Below, one piece after another: positions 56,399-58,994 of a stretch of 58,994 bases of DNA. The notes under the pieces are model-generated. The model worked only from the letters and a program-made list of their open reading frames with translations. It was not told the origin of the DNA and did not search any database. Source of the DNA: an uncultured Candidatus Saccharibacteria bacterium (lineage in GTDB: Bacteria > Patescibacteriota > Minisyncoccia > Minisyncoccales > Staskawiczbacteraceae); the NCBI GenBank assembly GCA_964599285.1, contig CAZREI010000004.1, positions 1-58,994 on the forward strand. Direction: 5' to 3'. The first letter of the stretch is position 1. Each line of letters begins with the position of its first letter. The position numbers and the translations under genes are program-made.

Positions 56399-56567
56399 TT
56401 GAATTACGAAATGCCATTTAAAAAGGCGAGTTTCGGGTCTTTTCTCCAAATTTTGGCTATAAATTCGCTATAATTTTTTCACGTAGCTGTTGGCTACGAT
56501 AAAAAATTCTATCAAATTTCTATCTCAAAATTTGAAGAAAATACCTCGAAAGCATTTCGTAATTCAA
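56399..56567. mobile_element. 169 bp MITE-like element, copy 2
   Basis: TIR TTGAATTACGAAATGC/GCATTTCGTAATTCAA; interior near-identical to copy 1. Confidence 0.7.
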
Positions 56568-56598
56568 GGTCAATTAGAAAATAAATAAAAACAGACTC

Positions 56599-56639
56599 AT
56601 AATATGGAGGCAGAAGGTCCGATTCCTTCTGGGCCCACA
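56599..56639 (+). pseudogene. Degenerate 3' half of tRNA-Ile (att-like remnant)
   Basis: ATAATATGGAGGCAGAAGGTCCGATTCCTTCTGGGCCCACA versus tRNA ATAATATGGAGGTCGAAGGTCCGATTCCTTCCGCGCCCACC. Confidence 0.7.
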
Positions 56640-56833
56640 AGATAAAAAACTCGAGAGCTAAGCTCTCGAGTTTTTTTTGTGTATTTTATGCACAAAGTGG
56701 GAAAACATTAAATTCAAATTATACGATAAAAACTCAAGCGCTACCTGTGGATAACTGGCCTATTTTACGAACAAATCAGGGTTTTTGGGGACTATTGACC
56801 TATGTCTACGATATAAGATATAAATATAGGTAA

Positions 56834-56858
56834 GTGGATAAATGTGGATAAGAGTGGG
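56834..56858 (+). promoter_or_regulatory. MraZ-type operator (GTGG repeats with 10 bp period)
   Basis: GTGGA at 56834, GTGGA at 56844 and GTGGG at 56854, upstream of mraZ. Confidence 0.65.
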
Positions 56859-56990
56859 AAAACTATGATTATCTGTTGATAATCTATCAACGAATACCGA
56901 ATCTTTTACGAATTTTCGAATAAAAACGAATTGGCGGACGCTACGGCGTATTCGTAAATTCGTAAGTAATTCGTTATTCGATGATAACGC

Positions 56991-57422
56991 ATGCTGATAG
57001 GCCAGTACCAACATACCATCGACATCAAAAAGCGCCTGGCGCTTCCGGTTAAGTTTCGGGGAGAATTGGGCGCCAAGGTGATTGTGACCAAAGGCGTGGA
57101 AAATTGCTTAGTGGTTTACACCGAAAAGGAATGGGAAACGATGTCGCAAAAGTTGGGGAACTTGCCGGTATCGCAGGGCGAGGCACGGAGCTTTACGCGC
57201 CACTTATTGGCCAGCGCCACCGAAGTTGAACTGGACAAGCTGGGAAGAATCCTGTTGCCCGATTATTTAAAAACCTACGCGAACTTGCAGAAAAATGTCG
57301 TGGTGTGCGGATTATCAAATCGGTTAGAAATATGGGACCAGCAAAAGTGGCAGGATTACACTAAGAACGCCGAGAAGGGAGTGGAGGAGATAGTGTCAAA
57401 ACTAGGACCGCTGGGGATATAA
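56991..57422 (+). CDS. mraZ: Division/cell wall cluster repressor MraZ
   Basis: MLIGQYQHTIDIKKRLALPVKFR and ELDKLGRILLP. Confidence 0.95.
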   Translation: MLIGQYQHTIDIKKRLALPVKFRGELGAKVIVTKGVENCLVVYTEKEWETMSQKLGNLPVSQGEARSFTRHLLASATEVELDKLGRILLPDYLKTYANLQKNVVVCGLSNRLEIWDQQKWQDYTKNAEKGVEEIVSKLGPLGI

Positions 57423-57571
57423 AGCGAATTTCTAATTATTCTAATTATTCTAATTAACCCAATCAAATCCCAATTTCAAAATGCCTAATGTCCAAACTGA
57501 CGTTTTAGAAAATTGGGATTTAGTCATTATTTTAGAATAATTAGGGCACTTAGAATAATTAGAATAATTCA

Positions 57572-58453
57572 ATGCACGTTCCTGTTCTTATAAAAGAAAT
57601 ATTGGGTTGTTTGGATCCCAAGCCCAATGAAAATTTTATTGATGGGACTGTTGGTCAGGCCGGGCACGCGCTGATGATTCTGGAAAAAACCGGGCCGCAG
57701 GGAAAATTGCTAGGGATTGATGCAGATCCTGGCCAGATAGCCAACGCCGCGGCGCGGACCGCAGGTTACGGCGATCGGGTGATCCTGGTCAACGATTCCT
57801 ATGCCAACATCAAACAGATTGCAAAAGAAAAGAATTTTGAGCCAGTGCACGGGATTTTGCTGGACTTGGGCTATTCGTCTTGGCAATTGGAACAATCGGG
57901 CAAAGGATTTTCCTTTTTAAAAGATGAGAAGCTGGACATGCGCTATGACACAAGCAGGGAATTGACGGCTGAAAAAATTGTCAATCATTATCCGGAAGCG
58001 GAAATAGAGAAAATTCTAAAAGAATACGGAGAAGAAACATTTGCCAGAAAAATTGCTAAAGAAATTACGGCACAACGAACGGTAAGAAAGATAGAAACCA
58101 CATTCCAGTTAAAAAATATCATAGAAAGCGTGGTGCCCAAAAAATTCCAGCACGGCCGAATTCATTGTGCGACAAAAACGTTTCAGGCTTTGCGCATCGC
58201 GGTCAACGATGAGTTGAATACTTTGCAAAAGGCTTTGCCCGATGCCGCAGGAATCCTGGCTCCCGGTGGAAGGTTAGCAGTAATATCTTTTCATTCCTTG
58301 GAAGACCGGATTGTCAAAAACTTTTTTAATCAGGAAGCAAAAAGGGGAAGCGTAAAAATAGTAACCCAAAAGCCAATCGCTGCCTCGTCGGAAGAATTAG
58401 TAAAAAACCCGCGGGCGCGATCGGCAAAGTTAAGAAGCATTATTAAAAAATAA
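57572..58453 (+). CDS. rsmH: 16S rRNA m4C1402 methyltransferase
   Basis: HVPVL, DGTVGQAGH, LDLGYSS, TFQALRIAVNDE, ISFHSLEDR and NPRARSAKLR. Confidence 0.96.
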   Translation: MHVPVLIKEILGCLDPKPNENFIDGTVGQAGHALMILEKTGPQGKLLGIDADPGQIANAAARTAGYGDRVILVNDSYANIKQIAKEKNFEPVHGILLDLGYSSWQLEQSGKGFSFLKDEKLDMRYDTSRELTAEKIVNHYPEAEIEKILKEYGEETFARKIAKEITAQRTVRKIETTFQLKNIIESVVPKKFQHGRIHCATKTFQALRIAVNDELNTLQKALPDAAGILAPGGRLAVISFHSLEDRIVKNFFNQEAKRGSVKIVTQKPIAASSEELVKNPRARSAKLRSIIKK

Positions 58454-58570
58454 ATTCTAAATCCAAAATCCTAAACTCTAAACAAATTCCAAATCCTAAA
58501 TATCAAATTCCAAAACGTTTTAGAATTTAGAGTTTAGAATTTAGAGTTTCTTTTACAGAGTAAAAGCATT

Positions 58571-58939
58571 ATGTCTACCGCCACACTCAAACTCCACTAT
58601 CGCGCTTTGCACCATAAAATTCAGTCCCGAGCCTTTGCTATCCCTGCCATCAGGGTGCCCTGGAAACTGATCTATGTCATGGCCGCTCTGGTCACGGCGC
58701 TCTTGATGGTTTTTTACGTTGCCAAGGTTGACGAGCTGACCAAAGGTGCTTACGCCATCAAAAATTACACCAAAGAAATCAGCAGCTTGTCAGAAGAAAA
58801 CAAGGCATTAGAAACCCAATTTGCCGAGCGCGATTTTTTGGGTTCCATAACCCAAAAAGCCGAGGCCCTTGGCTTTGAAAAAATCGGGCAAGTCACCTAT
58901 GTGCAAGTTCTGCAAAATTCGCTGGCACAAGCCAAGTAG
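58571..58939 (+). CDS. FtsL-like bitopic protein
   Basis: Single TM followed by a coiled coil, downstream of rsmH. Confidence 0.6.
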   Translation: MSTATLKLHYRALHHKIQSRAFAIPAIRVPWKLIYVMAALVTALLMVFYVAKVDELTKGAYAIKNYTKEISSLSEENKALETQFAERDFLGSITQKAEALGFEKIGQVTYVQVLQNSLAQAK

Positions 58940-58994
58940 GGAGTAGTCACGAATATACTAATACGATCAAATATACAAATATTACCAATATACG

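Noticed and set aside
718-57895. Numerous short ORFs overlapping core genes on other frames or strands
   Set aside because: Shadow ORFs with no SD or motifs, fully contained in well-supported genes.
1-58994. Alternative genetic code (TGA as Gly)
   Set aside because: Long core ORFs are intact under code 11, and lysS, mreD and others end at TGA at the expected length.

Overview
Chromosomal window that looks like a Patescibacteria/CPR (Parcubacteria-type) genome. This is inferred from gene content, weak Shine-Dalgarno use in core genes and abundant short intergenic palindromes. The backbone runs: 3' end of an rRNA operon (23S end, 5S), mreC-mreD-mrdA, lysS, serS, a Mur ligase/DegT/FemAB envelope cluster, sortases, recR, dnaB, cysS, pgsA-like, dnaX, tRNA-Gln, signalling genes, a TrhO-like rhodanese, tRNA-Ile and mraZ-rsmH-ftsL-like. 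An ~18.3 kb island sits between tRNA-Gln and a 17/18 nt copy of its 3' end. It carries a HEPN-motif protein, a large serine recombinase, an unusual three-gene enzyme cluster (SufS-like/unknown domain/methyltransferase fusion, a paralogous methyltransferase, and a RibA/TrpF-like/methyltransferase fusion), an array of eight small phage-like ORFs separated by a repeated covarying multi-hairpin element, and a set of acidic hypothetical proteins. The strongest candidates for undescribed biology are (1) the structured-repeat small-gene array at 35.7-39.6 kb, (2) the GTP/sulfur/methylation enzyme cluster at 29.8-35.6 kb, (3) a promoter-to-terminator, switch-like structured RNA at 55.7-56.1 kb, and (4) short palindromic elements inserted in frame inside housekeeping proteins. 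All family calls come from motif recognition by eye; no searches were run.
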